Assembly: GCA_963749155.1 (NCBI GenBank)
Contig: CAVVLO010000002.1
Location: forward strand, 96,001 to 160,000
Reading direction: 5' to 3'
Source: an uncultured Armatimonadia bacterium
GTDB lineage: Bacteria > Armatimonadota > Zipacnadia > CAVVLO01
Length of the DNA: 64,000 nt
A program made the translations under genes and the position numbers. This document shows positions 41,588-52,026 of this stretch, in pieces; position 1 is the stretch's first letter; every line of letters begins with the position of its first letter. Under the pieces are notes generated by a model. The model saw nothing but the letters and a program-made list of their open reading frames with translations. It was not told the origin of the DNA and searched no databases.

Positions 41588-42505
41588 GTGAGGACAACAC
41601 CTTTGTTATATTCCACCCGGTGCACTGGATGTCTTCTAGATGACTTCGTTGGCGCCCTCGAAAGGCTTGAGTTGCCCGAGCCAAAGAGGTTGCAGCTGAC
41701 GCAGGCTGCTTTGGCCTTTCTTGCTGCGCATCTCGCCGACCAGGTACCTCCATCATACCTGATTACCGAACTGCATCGAATAATAAAACGCGAACTTCGT
41801 TTGGAGGAACCTTTCTCTGAACTCCGAGCCTTATGCAACGAAGTGGGGCTGCGGTTATACAAAGAACTGAGCCACACCCTGGCCGCCTTGCCTGCTGATG
41901 AGGCTTTCTTCGAGGCAGTGCGCTGGGCTGTGGCAGGCAATGTACTGGATTTCCGTACCGCCGGCGCCGGATATGAGATGGACCTTGCAAGAGTGCGAAG
42001 CGAACTCGATGAGGCGGTCGAATCGCTTGATTTTGACCAGCGCAGAGAATTACTCAAACTTGCCAGACCAGGCCTTGCGGTGCTTTATGTGCATGACAAT
42101 GTCGGTGAAGTGGCTCTCGACCGACTGTTGATAGATCAGTTACGTCTCCGAGGTGCTCGCGTGACCTCGGTCCTCCGCGGAGGGCCCATCACCAGCGATG
42201 CGACCTGGCGCGATGGCGATACGGTTGGCCTTGCTGAAAGCTCGGATGAGGTGTTCCTGGCTGGCCCTGACACCCTGGGAATAAGCCTGGTGGAAGGCAC
42301 AGCGCGCCTGTTGAAGGCACTCGCCGACAGCGACCTGATTATCAGCAAAGGGCAAGCCAATTATTATGTGCTTTCCGAGCCAGACACCCCTGTAAGGGGG
42401 GACGTGGCCTTTCTATTCCGAACCAAGTGTGAACTTGCGGCCAGGCGCTATGGTCTAAAGGGCAAATACCGAAATATCGTTGCCCTTCGATCAGCAAGTA
42501 GTTAA
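41588..42505 (+). CDS. ARMT1-like / DUF89 damage-control phosphatase
   Basis: CTGCL, AVAGNVLD, DNVGE, PITSDAT, IISKGQANY, TKC. Confidence 0.88.
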   Translation: MRTTPLLYSTRCTGCLLDDFVGALERLELPEPKRLQLTQAALAFLAAHLADQVPPSYLITELHRIIKRELRLEEPFSELRALCNEVGLRLYKELSHTLAALPADEAFFEAVRWAVAGNVLDFRTAGAGYEMDLARVRSELDEAVESLDFDQRRELLKLARPGLAVLYVHDNVGEVALDRLLIDQLRLRGARVTSVLRGGPITSDATWRDGDTVGLAESSDEVFLAGPDTLGISLVEGTARLLKALADSDLIISKGQANYYVLSEPDTPVRGDVAFLFRTKCELAARRYGLKGKYRNIVALRSASS

Positions 42506-42541
42506 CCGCAAGCCAAACAGCGTCTTGAGGGAGGTTGCCTT

Positions 42542-45064
42542 ATGTCACTACTCTACCTGGTCTTGCTGGTTGCTGTAGCCCTTCTCCTGCTAGCGGCAAC
42601 AGGCTTTGTTGCGCCACTCACCCCGCAGGAACTTGCCTCTGTCGATGCCAGGGCCAACGCGCTTATCGCCCAGATGACCCTCGAAGAGAAAATTACTATG
42701 GTGCACGGAATAGGGCGCGAGGGCTTCACGGGATACATCCCCGCCAACGAACGGCTAGGAATCCCCGCCGTGAAGATGGCCGATGGCCCAGTTGGTGTGC
42801 GCGCCGGAGAGTCGACCGCCTTCCCAGCGCCCATCTGTATGGCCGCTACCTGGAATCCCGAGGTCATCAACCGGGTCGGCCAGGCTCTTGGACGCGAAGT
42901 CCTGGGCAAGGGCCACAATGTCCTGCTTGGCCCCTGTATCAATATCGCCCGGCTTCCTCAGGGAGGGCGCAGTTTTGAGGCTTTTGGAGAGGATCCTTAC
43001 CTCGCAAGCCGCATGGCGGTCGCCTATATCACCGGGGTGCAGTCGCAGGGAGTTATCGCGGATGCCAAGCACTTCGCCGCCAACAACCAGGAAGAGCAGC
43101 GCGGCACCATCAGCGCTGAGGTTGACGAACGCACGATGCGGGAGATTTACCTGCCTGCCTTCCGGGCTGCGGTTGAAGAAGCCGGCGTCTGGTCGGTGAT
43201 GGCGGCCTATAACAAAATCAATGATACTTATTGCAGCGAGCACAACTGGCTGCTGCGCGACGTGCTGAAGGGCGACTGGGGTTTCCAGGGCTTCGTGGTG
43301 TCTGACTGGGGCGCCACCCACAGCACCGTAGGTTGCGCGCTGGGCGGCCTGGACGTCGATATGCCAGGCAGCGACTACTATAAGAACTCACTTCGAGGCG
43401 CGGTGCGTAATGAGCAGATCGAACTGGCCGTGCTGGATGAGATGGTCAGGCGCGTGCTGCGTCCGATGCTTGCTCAGGGCCTGTTCGAACGCGAAGATGA
43501 GCCAAATCCTGCTCTGGTAGACACGCCCGAGAACCGTCTGGCTGCGCTTGATACCGCCCGAGAGGGCTTTGTGTTGCTCAAAAATGAAGGCAGCCTTCTT
43601 CCGCTGGACCTGTCCAAAATCAAGCGGCTCGCGGTAATCGGGCCGCATGCCGGCCAGCTCCGGGCTGTAGGGGGAGGCAGCGCTTTCGTCTCGCCCGCTT
43701 ACACCGTCACCCCGCTGGAAGCGCTCCAGAGGCTAGTCGGTGACCAGGTCGAACTCGTTTATGCTCAGGGCTGCGATCTGCAGGGCACGATGACTTTATT
43801 GCCCTCTACCTGCCTGCTGCCACCAGCCGGAGTCGAAGGCAAACAGGGCTTGCTGGGAGAGTATTTCAAGGGCAGAGACTTCACCGGTGAGCCAGTCATC
43901 AAGCGGGTAGACGAGTCGGTGGACTTCCGCTGGGGCGGCGCTGGACCGGGCGGGGGACTTGGCGCAGACAATTATTGTGTTCGCTGGACTGGCAGGCTGA
44001 GGGTGCCTCTCACCGGCTCGTATGGCCTGGGCGCCACCAGTGACGATGGGATGCGCCTCTACCTCGATAATCAGGTTGTCCTGGATCGCTGGAATGATCG
44101 CGCCGAGACAACTGATATGACCAATATCGAGCTTGAAGCCGGTAGAGAATACAGTTTGCGAGTTGAGTATTACCAGAATACCGGCGATGCCGTAATGCGC
44201 CTTGGGCTGATGCAGCCGGGCCAGCAAGAATATACCGAGGCCATCACCGCTGCTACCGGAGCCGATGCTGTGCTTCTATTCGTGGGGCTGGACAGCTCCA
44301 TCGAGACCGAAGGCCGGGACCGGACCAGTCTGGATTTGCCCGCCCCTCAGGTGGGCCTGATAAAAGCTGTTGCCGCCGTGAATCCTTCCACCATCGTAGT
44401 GTTGAACTGTGGGGCGCCGGTACCGATGGACGAATGGCTGCCCCAGGCGAAGTCTTTGCTGCTTACCTGGTATATGGGCGAAAATGGCGCAGAAGCCGCG
44501 GCCGAGTTGCTCCTGGGCCTCCGGTCGCCCTCAGGCAAGCTGCCTGTGACCTTCCCCCGCAGGTGGCAAGACACGCCGGCTTTCGTGACTTATCCAGGGG
44601 CAGATGGTATCGCCCCCTATTCCGAAGGGGTCTTCGTTGGTTATCGCTGGTATGACCAGCAGGAAATCGAACCGCTCTTCCCCTTCGGATATGGGCTTTC
44701 GTATACTACTTTCGAATACCAGGACTTGCAGGTAATCCCTGGCAGCCCTGCTGCTGGCGAGCCGGTTACCGTCAGTTTTGAAGTCAGCAATACCGGCTCT
44801 GTCACGGCAGCCGAAGTCGCTCAGGTTTATGTCGGCGACCCCAAGGCCAGTGTCTTGCGGCCCCCGAGCGAACTGAAAGCTTTTACCAAAGTTTTGCTGA
44901 AGCCTGGCGAGACTAAAACTGTCACCCTGACTCTCGGGCCAGAAGCCTTCGCTTTTTGGGATGTTATCCGGGATGATTGGTATGTCGAACCAGGCAGCTT
45001 CCAGATAAAAGTTGGCGGATCGTCCAGAGACTTGGGGCTTACCGCCGAGATAAGAATCAAGTAA
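42542..45064 (+). CDS. Secreted GH3 beta-glucosidase with PA14 and Fn3-like domains
   Basis: ADGPVGVR, GRSFEAFGEDP, KHFAANNQE, VVSDWG, PA14 (SDDGMRL), YSEGVFVGYRWYD. Confidence 0.93.
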   Translation: MSLLYLVLLVAVALLLLAATGFVAPLTPQELASVDARANALIAQMTLEEKITMVHGIGREGFTGYIPANERLGIPAVKMADGPVGVRAGESTAFPAPICMAATWNPEVINRVGQALGREVLGKGHNVLLGPCINIARLPQGGRSFEAFGEDPYLASRMAVAYITGVQSQGVIADAKHFAANNQEEQRGTISAEVDERTMREIYLPAFRAAVEEAGVWSVMAAYNKINDTYCSEHNWLLRDVLKGDWGFQGFVVSDWGATHSTVGCALGGLDVDMPGSDYYKNSLRGAVRNEQIELAVLDEMVRRVLRPMLAQGLFEREDEPNPALVDTPENRLAALDTAREGFVLLKNEGSLLPLDLSKIKRLAVIGPHAGQLRAVGGGSAFVSPAYTVTPLEALQRLVGDQVELVYAQGCDLQGTMTLLPSTCLLPPAGVEGKQGLLGEYFKGRDFTGEPVIKRVDESVDFRWGGAGPGGGLGADNYCVRWTGRLRVPLTGSYGLGATSDDGMRLYLDNQVVLDRWNDRAETTDMTNIELEAGREYSLRVEYYQNTGDAVMRLGLMQPGQQEYTEAITAATGADAVLLFVGLDSSIETEGRDRTSLDLPAPQVGLIKAVAAVNPSTIVVLNCGAPVPMDEWLPQAKSLLLTWYMGENGAEAAAELLLGLRSPSGKLPVTFPRRWQDTPAFVTYPGADGIAPYSEGVFVGYRWYDQQEIEPLFPFGYGLSYTTFEYQDLQVIPGSPAAGEPVTVSFEVSNTGSVTAAEVAQVYVGDPKASVLRPPSELKAFTKVLLKPGETKTVTLTLGPEAFAFWDVIRDDWYVEPGSFQIKVGGSSRDLGLTAEIRIK

Positions 45065-45095
45065 CGAGCCGACCCCGCCGGCAAGGAGCATCAAG

Positions 45096-47790
45096 ATGGA
45101 CAAATCAAGAGGGATAACCACTGCTGCCCTGCTTGCAGGATTGCTTGGGCTAATATTGCTCGCCGCGGCGACTTTTGCCATAGCGCGCGAAAGGCAGACC
45201 GCGGCCACCGTAGCCGACTATGCCAAACTCGAAGCCGAAGCCGCTAAACTGGGAGGGACCTCGCTTGCGTCCGCGGCGGAAGAAGTCCTTAAACCCGTGC
45301 GCGAAGCGCTTGCCCAGGGCAACCTTGAAACTGTCCGCTCCGAGTTGCCTGGCGCTCAGGATAAAGTCTGGCGCCTCCAGTCCGAGGCCGCTCCCCAGCA
45401 ACCTGGTCCCTCTGGCCTCGAAGGTTCGGAGGCCGATGAATTAAAAACTCTGCGCGCTAGCGCGGCGCTTTTTGCCTCGGATCCCGAGTTGCAAGCCTTG
45501 TACACAAAAATCGTAGAGTCGCTTCCGAGCGTGCCCGAGCCTCAGCGTCCCAAACTAATCCAGACTCTGGACGAGGCCTCCAAAGCTGCTCTGACCAAAG
45601 ATTTTGTGAAAGCCCGGCAGCTTCTTGCTCCCTTTAATCAGACGCAGGCGCCAGTGATGGGCCCAATGACCTTGAGCCCCGAGGCCAAAGCGCTGATGGA
45701 GAAAGACGCCAAATTCAAAAAAATGGTTGAGCTGCTGCAGGCGCGTCTGGCAGACCGAACCCATCCCCCTACCAACCCTCAGGCGCTGGCCCAGGCGCTT
45801 CCGGCGCTAAGAGAAGCAGTTAAAAAGGGTGATGCGACAGGCGGCGCGTTCGGTGCTTTCCAGGGCCTTGAAGGCACTCGATGAGGCCCCTGCCGGTGGC
45901 GCTATGCGGCCAATGATGCCCGGCCAGCCTGGCCAGCCTCAGCGTATGCCCCAGGGCGCCAGGCCGCCTCAGGAGCTTGGCCAGGTCTTTAACGAATTCA
46001 ACCAGCTCATTGGGCAGCTCGGACAGACGGGGCAGCCAATGGACCAGTGGATGCAGCGACGCAATGCTATTCTGGCCAAGTTGGGGCAGCAAAAGTTTGG
46101 CGAAGCGCTTTCGATGGCCAAGCAAGCCAACACTGCGATGAAAGCAGCCCTTGCCAAAAGCCCCAAGCCGACTGGCAAGCCTGTCAGCCCTCCTCCTACC
46201 GGAATTACGCCTCCTGCTGGAGCCCAGCCGACCGAACCTGTACCCAGCGCGCCTCTCGACCTGCTGGTCAAGCGCCTCGATGAAGTGCGGGCTCTGCCGG
46301 CAGAGGATTACAACCAGCATAAGCCGGAGATAGCAGCCGAATTGCTAGCTCTTGCGCGAGGCCAGATGGGTCCCGGCCAGCCTGGTGGGATGGCTCCTTC
46401 CGAGGCTCTCAAAGCCCCGGAGCCTGTAAAACAGGTGCTACTCAAGACCGAAATCAAGGCCGAGAAGTGCGCAGGCTTACTTGATAAACCAGTTTTCCTT
46501 TCCAACGCCTACACGACTACCACAGCGGGAGTCGTCTTCGAGCTGGCTGGCCTGCCCGCCTCCGTTACCAAGCCCAGCCTCGAACTGCGCTGGCGCTCTG
46601 GAGACCACGAGGGCAGCTTCAAACTGGAAGGTGAAGCAAAGGAAGGCAAAGCCGAGTTGGTCCTGCCCGCCAGGCTTCCCGGTCAGGACTGGCCGGGCGA
46701 ACTCTTGCAGGTCTCGGTGCCTGCCGAACTGGCAGGCGCAGAGCTTTCGCTGGTGCGCCTTTCAGCCCCGGCCGTGCCAATCGGCGATTTGCTGCGCCAG
46801 GCGCCTCTGCCCGTGCGCATATTTGACTTCCTGAGGCGTATTGTCATCCCCGGAGAGCAACCTGCCGTCGCCTTTGGGCTGACGCGAGACCAGCGCCACC
46901 CTTGCGAAAGTGGCGTCTCGAGCGTCCTCAACGCCCGAGTAGGCCAGTCGCTGCTTGCGCTTTCCCAGTTACTCGCAGGCAAGCTGCCGGAAGCAGAAGC
47001 TCAACAGATCGCCACGATGGCCACTGGCTTGCTTGTGACAGCTCCAGGCCAGCCCGCTTCACTTGGCGAGCTTGTGACTCTGGCCGAAGCCAGACTCGGC
47101 GCCTCGAGACTGCCAGGCGCAAGCCCGGAGCTTGTGCAACTGGCTGAGAAGAACGCTGATGAAGTGAGAGGCCAGGCGCGCGCAAGTCGTGAAGCCGTCC
47201 TTGCCGCTCCAACCTCGACCCTTGCGGTTGCGGCCAGAGTGCTGCTATTAAGTGACACTGAGGCGCCTTCCGAAGAAGCCTTGAACTTGCTGGGTGAGTT
47301 GCGAGGCAGGCTGGAGGCTTCAACCGGACTGGTGAAGGAGTTCTCGCGCGGTAATCCTGTCTATACAACCTTCGGTCAGGCTTCGACCGCGCGCGCCTTC
47401 GAGCTGGCAGAAAGCAAGCAACCAGGCAAGACCAACGAGGCAGCCCATAAACTGCTTCAAGCTACCTTCAATTCGCCACTACTTGCCGATGCCAGGTTTG
47501 GAGGATTCTTCCAGCGCGCTGGGGCGAAACCAGCCCGCAAGTCGCTGCTTGATCACGCCGAATTGTTGCTAGCGGTCCGGGGCCTCGAGGCAGGTGGATT
47601 GAAGAACGAGCAGCTTGGGAAGTGGGGCGCCGACCTTTCGGCCTTGCTCACTGACAGATTCTACGATCCGGTCTGGAATGGTGCTACAGCGGTCACGGAT
47701 GAGCAGTTCCGGCCTGTTGGAGATTCGCCCTGCGCCACCGCCAGCACCGAAGCGATGTGTGGTCTGCTGCTCGGACTGGTACAGTTCTAG
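45096..47790 (+). CDS. Large membrane-anchored/secreted hypothetical protein (two ORFs joined by a probable frameshift near 45840)
   Basis: Removing one G gives a continuous ...AVKKGDATAARSVLSRALKALDE...; helical Pro/Gln-rich N-half; C-half with DARFGGFF..KSLLDHAELL..FYDP. Confidence 0.6.
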
Positions 47791-47799
47791 CCATCCTGC

Positions 47800-48819
47800 T
47801 TATTGCTTGGCGGCCCGGCTTTCGAAACGCAGCCTGTAGGTCCCGATCCCGAAAAGGTCGCCGGCCCGCAGGCTGCGACTTGTTACAGGCTGACCGTTCA
47901 CCAGCACAGGTTGTCCTGTGCCCAGGTCGCGCAAGGAGCAGCGCCCACTCTCGATTGTGAGTTCGCAATGGAAAGGCGCGACCGAGGGGTCTTTTATCAA
48001 GGTGATATCCGCCTTGGGCGAACTGCCCAGCCGCGTCACATGCTGGTAGAGGATGAACTGCTTGCCCGCAAGTGGACCAGTAAGCACATGCAACCAGAAG
48101 GTCTTGGCAGCTTGTTCGACCGCGCTGATAGCGACTCCCACCAGCAGGCCCATTACCGAGAAGCCAATCAGGCGCGACATAAGGCCGCCGCCGGTGACGA
48201 TGGCAAGGGGATCAAACAAGGCCCCTCCCAGGAAGCCACCGAGCAGCCCACCTATCAGGCCATTGAGGATGCGCTTGCCCGAAAGCCCAGGCAAGCCTTG
48301 CCCAAGCCCCACAAACAGCCCCACCAGTGCCCAGGCAAGCGCGCGCACGAAGAGCTGTGTAGCAGGATTGCCACCTTGCTCTCCGCCCCCAAGAGAGGTA
48401 TATGCAGCCTGGCCAACTACGCTGCCGAAGGCGCCCCCTGCCCCGCCAACCAGCAAACCGATGAGAGCGCCCTTCAGGGCCTTCTCCCAAACCCCGCTTC
48501 CCACGCCTTCGGTTGCTCCGAGCAGCAAGCCTATAGGCCCGCCAATTCCAAGGCCCAGAATCAGCATCTCCAGCATCGGGTTGAGCGCCGAGGCAGCTTC
48601 ATCCGAGATGAAAGGCTCCACCGCGCACCAGCTGAGGAAGCCCCCAATCAGACCTGCAAGTGCCCCAAGCAGCACTGGCGAGAAAAGCACCTGAGAAGCG
48701 CCAGACTTGCCTTTGCCGGAGCCCTCTCCCCAGCCAGGGCCTCCCCCAGCACCGACCTGATCGAAGAGATCGCCGTCATCCTTGAAATCATCACTTGTCA
48801 GTATAAGGCGGTCGGGCAC
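47800..48819 (-). CDS. Gly-rich multi-TM protein with C-terminal FHA domain
   Basis: About 6 GxxxG-rich helices, then GPLAGKQFIL...LGSSPKADI...HCEL...LRDLG...VNGQ...LRAGD..GIG. Confidence 0.82.
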   Translation of the reverse strand: MPDRLILTSDDFKDDGDLFDQVGAGGGPGWGEGSGKGKSGASQVLFSPVLLGALAGLIGGFLSWCAVEPFISDEAASALNPMLEMLILGLGIGGPIGLLLGATEGVGSGVWEKALKGALIGLLVGGAGGAFGSVVGQAAYTSLGGGEQGGNPATQLFVRALAWALVGLFVGLGQGLPGLSGKRILNGLIGGLLGGFLGGALFDPLAIVTGGGLMSRLIGFSVMGLLVGVAISAVEQAAKTFWLHVLTGPLAGKQFILYQHVTRLGSSPKADITLIKDPSVAPFHCELTIESGRCSLRDLGTGQPVLVNGQPVTSRSLRAGDLFGIGTYRLRFESRAAKQ

Positions 48820-49520
48820 TAGTCAAGCACACTCCTGGCTATGGCGTAACCCAGCTGCACAATTAGCTCTTTGAAATTCTTGGTAGAGTCGATGTCTGTG
48901 AAGGTACCGCCCGTCTTCTGCGCCAGCATCAGATAACCTTCAAGGGGCTTCGCGACGACATAACAGGCTAGCCCGCGCTCTTTCAATCCGGTCACTGCAT
49001 CCTCGAGTTTCAGCGTAGTGAAGTCTGTGCCGTCGCCAGCGGTGTGATAACCGGCATCACTAATCAGGATCAGCACTCGCTTGGCCTCGGGCCGGAAGGC
49101 CATCCGCGAGGCACTCATCAACGCTTCAAGCTGATTTTCGGGCTCATCCACGCCACCAACAGCTTGCTGGACGGCCAGCCAGGACTTGAACTCTCCAACA
49201 CTGGGGGTGAGGCTCAGGTCCTCGCGATACACCATCCTGACCTCATCACCGAAGGTCACCAGGCCAAATTTACAGTCTACGCCCTGACCGCTTAATAATT
49301 CGGAGAACTGTTCCGACGCAGCCAAAGTGCCATCGATCTCTTCTCTCATACTGCTGGTTGTGTCGAAAACAAAAACCACGTCCACTGGCTCGGGGCTGAA
49401 GGCCCCTCCCCGCCAGAAGAGCGCCAAAGCGATAAGCCCGGCCCAGCAGGCAACGATCAGCAGCCCAAGGGGAAGGTTGGCAAAGAGAGCTCGGTTGAAT
49501 TCTTTCAGAGAAAAACCCAT
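48819..49520 (-). CDS. Membrane-anchored von Willebrand factor A domain protein
   Basis: N-terminal TM; VDVVFVFDTTSSM (MIDAS-like), GGVDEPE, LILISDA. Confidence 0.88.
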   Translation of the reverse strand: MGFSLKEFNRALFANLPLGLLIVACWAGLIALALFWRGGAFSPEPVDVVFVFDTTSSMREEIDGTLAASEQFSELLSGQGVDCKFGLVTFGDEVRMVYREDLSLTPSVGEFKSWLAVQQAVGGVDEPENQLEALMSASRMAFRPEAKRVLILISDAGYHTAGDGTDFTTLKLEDAVTGLKERGLACYVVAKPLEGYLMLAQKTGGTFTDIDSTKNFKELIVQLGYAIARSVLD

Positions 49521-50635
49521 CAGAGCCCCTCCTTACCCTTGCCCTGGCGCACCCAGAAGACCAGCACTGTGTTGCCCACATGCAGCAAGGCGCCATCTCG
49601 CAGCCTGGCCGATGAGACAGGTTGCCCATCAAGCCCCACTTGAAGTCCTCGCTCGGCCTGCACCTGCCAGCCCGTGCCAGTATGCCGCAGGACGAAGTGA
49701 CGCTCTGCCAGGCCAGGTTCTTTCACCAGCCGCACATCCGCCTCAGGCGAGGAGCCCACCCAATTTTCGGGCTTGTGCAGTATGAACTGCTTACCCCGCA
49801 TCGAGCCTTTGGCCACAGCCAGCCAGGCCTGCTTGAAGACCTCGCCAGCAAGCCCCATCAGCAGTCCAACACAGGCGCCAAGAGCTAGCAGTGCAAGCAG
49901 TCTGCCCAGGCTTGAAGAAGCAACCGCGCCTTTGATAGCCTCAAAGGCGATGCCCCCCAGTAGTCCTCCCAGCGCCCCACCCAGCAGCCCATTGCGCAGC
50001 TTGGCTGCCGAGGTATGCAAAGCCGAACTGCCAATTCCCAGGAAGAAGCCCAGCACCGACCAGCCGACAGCTCGCACAAGTAACGCCGCGGCAGGCCCCA
50101 TAAGATGCCCAGTGGATGCGAACTGGTAAGCCCACTCGGCAAGCGCGCCGCCAAGCGCGCCTCCACAAGCGCCTATCAGCCCCCCCATAAAAGCGTGAGC
50201 CAGAGCCGAAGTGATATCTCCGAAAACCAGTTCCTCAAAACTGCTGAGGAAAAGCCCAATCAGAGCGCCCGCCACCAGGCCATATAAAGCCGTCCTGATT
50301 ATCAGGTCTCCTCCGAAGGAACTCGACCAGGCTAGCAGGATTATCTCTCCAAGCAGCCAGGCGCAAACCGCACCAAGTAGCCCGGCAACCAGCAGCAGGG
50401 CCGGCCTGAGAAGAGCGGAAGCACGACGCGGAGCCACCTCGGGTTTGGCCCAGGCCTCTACTGGAGGGCCAACCGAGGCGCCTGCCGGCTCGAAGACTTC
50501 CTCCTCGCTGAAGTCCTCTGCCCCGAGCACCAGCCTTCCAGAGGCCGGGGGAGGCGCAGGTTCCTCCTCGGCAAAGTCCTCGGAAGTCAACTCCAGTCGC
50601 TCTGGCAGCTCTTCCTTGTCGGGCGTATTGTCCAA
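49520..50635 (-). CDS. Gly-rich multi-TM protein with C-terminal FHA domain (paralog of 47800-48819)
   Basis: Same architecture: RAVGWSVLG, NGLLGGALGGLLGG, GKQFIL, VGSSPEADV, LRDG. Confidence 0.82.
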   Translation of the reverse strand: MDNTPDKEELPERLELTSEDFAEEEPAPPPASGRLVLGAEDFSEEEVFEPAGASVGPPVEAWAKPEVAPRRASALLRPALLLVAGLLGAVCAWLLGEIILLAWSSSFGGDLIIRTALYGLVAGALIGLFLSSFEELVFGDITSALAHAFMGGLIGACGGALGGALAEWAYQFASTGHLMGPAAALLVRAVGWSVLGFFLGIGSSALHTSAAKLRNGLLGGALGGLLGGIAFEAIKGAVASSSLGRLLALLALGACVGLLMGLAGEVFKQAWLAVAKGSMRGKQFILHKPENWVGSSPEADVRLVKEPGLAERHFVLRHTGTGWQVQAERGLQVGLDGQPVSSARLRDGALLHVGNTVLVFWVRQGKGKEGL

Positions 50636-50651
50636 ACCTTACTCCCTGGAC

Positions 50652-51443
50652 CTAGACTGTAGTATCGATTATTCCCTCACTGGCGAGTTTCTGGGCCATC
50701 TGGTCGCGCTTCTCATAACCGGCCTCAAGCGCGGCTTTACTGGCACTGCCGAGTCTGGGAAGTTCAGCAAGCGCCGCTTCATCCACCGGCACCAAGGCTT
50801 GTCTGGCAAGCCCATCAGGCCCGGCCAGGCCCATCAGTTGAAGCAGTTCTTTCATCCTGGCCTCGGTGCCTACAGGACCAAACAACCAAAATCCAACCCG
50901 TCGCAGTCCTTCAGGGCCTTGCTGGAAAGCGCCCAGCTTGCCTTGAACCGGGTCGTGTACCACCGCTACCTGGCCAGGGGCGCTGAAAAAATTCTGCTGG
51001 ATGAACTGGTCGAACTCACTGAGGAAAACCCCAAAGCCCGGATGCGTGTGATACCAGCCCATTATCTTGAGGCCAGGCCAGTTGGCGTCCAGTTCGGCGG
51101 AGAAGGCATTCCAGGTGGCATGGGTGAAGGTAATGTTGGTGTGAGTATGGGTTATATGCTGAGCGGGCAAAGCGTGCTCTAGCTCGATGGCCTCGAAGGG
51201 CGCCCCGCCCGGCAGCTGCCAACGCGAGCGCCTGCCGATTAACGCCCCCCCGAGTTCTCTGCTGCGGTCAGTCATACAGTGAGCGCGCATCGCCGATAAA
51301 GCGCTCAATTTGAAGAAAAGGGGTACCACTGCCGAGGCAGGTCGCTCATACTCGAATACCACCATATCGGTGGTCGCGCGCAGAGGCAACTCCTGCTTCG
51401 GAGCCGCCTCACTCAGGCTGATTTGGAAGTCTTTTTCCGCCAT
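50652..51443 (-). CDS. JAB/MPN+ (JAMM) metallopeptidase, soluble
   Basis: ELGGALIG ... GWYHTHPGFGVFLSEFD. Confidence 0.9.
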   Translation of the reverse strand: MAEKDFQISLSEAAPKQELPLRATTDMVVFEYERPASAVVPLFFKLSALSAMRAHCMTDRSRELGGALIGRRSRWQLPGGAPFEAIELEHALPAQHITHTHTNITFTHATWNAFSAELDANWPGLKIMGWYHTHPGFGVFLSEFDQFIQQNFFSAPGQVAVVHDPVQGKLGAFQQGPEGLRRVGFWLFGPVGTEARMKELLQLMGLAGPDGLARQALVPVDEAALAELPRLGSASKAALEAGYEKRDQMAQKLASEGIIDTTV

Positions 51444-51457
51444 AGCCTCTAACCGGG

Positions 51458-51997
51458 CTAACCGAGCTGGATGTCGAAATCGTCTCCACTGGGCGCTGGC
51501 GCCTGGGCCTCATCAAAGAAAACAATATCGATGTCTGGTTGCCGCAAGTCCACATTCTGCAACGGGAACCGGTTCCTGTTCAACTCTGACCAGCGCGCAG
51601 CTTCCGCGTTAAGGGGGCTTTTGGGATTATATTCCTGATAGGTCAGCATCTCGGCGACCTGATAAACGATGTCGACCAGAGTCTCACCGGCCGCCCAGTG
51701 GTCGCCGATGCAGATATAACTGCCAAAGTTGGGGTGCCAGACAGGATCCAGCATCACTGACTTGGGCTTCTCCCTTGGATAATCAGTGTGCAGATATATC
51801 TCGGCGCGGTGGACCTCCCTTGTGCGGATGTTGCCCTGCGCATCGCGCCAAAGCCCCTTAACCCGGTACGTAATCCGATACCGGTCAGGAGGATTGGCGG
51901 GACCAATCGGCTCCACCGTGATATAGGGGTGACCCGAGAACTCCTCTTGCACTCGGCTCCAGTCGGCGGCAAGTCGCCTGAGTCTTGCAACACTCAT
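51458..51997 (-). CDS. Ubiquitin-conjugating enzyme E2 (UBC fold)
   Basis: RLRRLAAD, DYPREKP, WHPNFGSYICIGDHW (HPN plus catalytic Cys), NPKSPLNAEAA. Confidence 0.92.
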   Translation of the reverse strand: MSVARLRRLAADWSRVQEEFSGHPYITVEPIGPANPPDRYRITYRVKGLWRDAQGNIRTREVHRAEIYLHTDYPREKPKSVMLDPVWHPNFGSYICIGDHWAAGETLVDIVYQVAEMLTYQEYNPKSPLNAEAARWSELNRNRFPLQNVDLRQPDIDIVFFDEAQAPAPSGDDFDIQLG

Positions 51998-52026
51998 CTA
52001 CTTCCTCCTGCCTGAATAAAAAACTA

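Noticed and set aside
47803..48822. 339 aa plus-strand ORF
   Set aside because: Antisense shadow of the TM-FHA gene with no recognisable motifs
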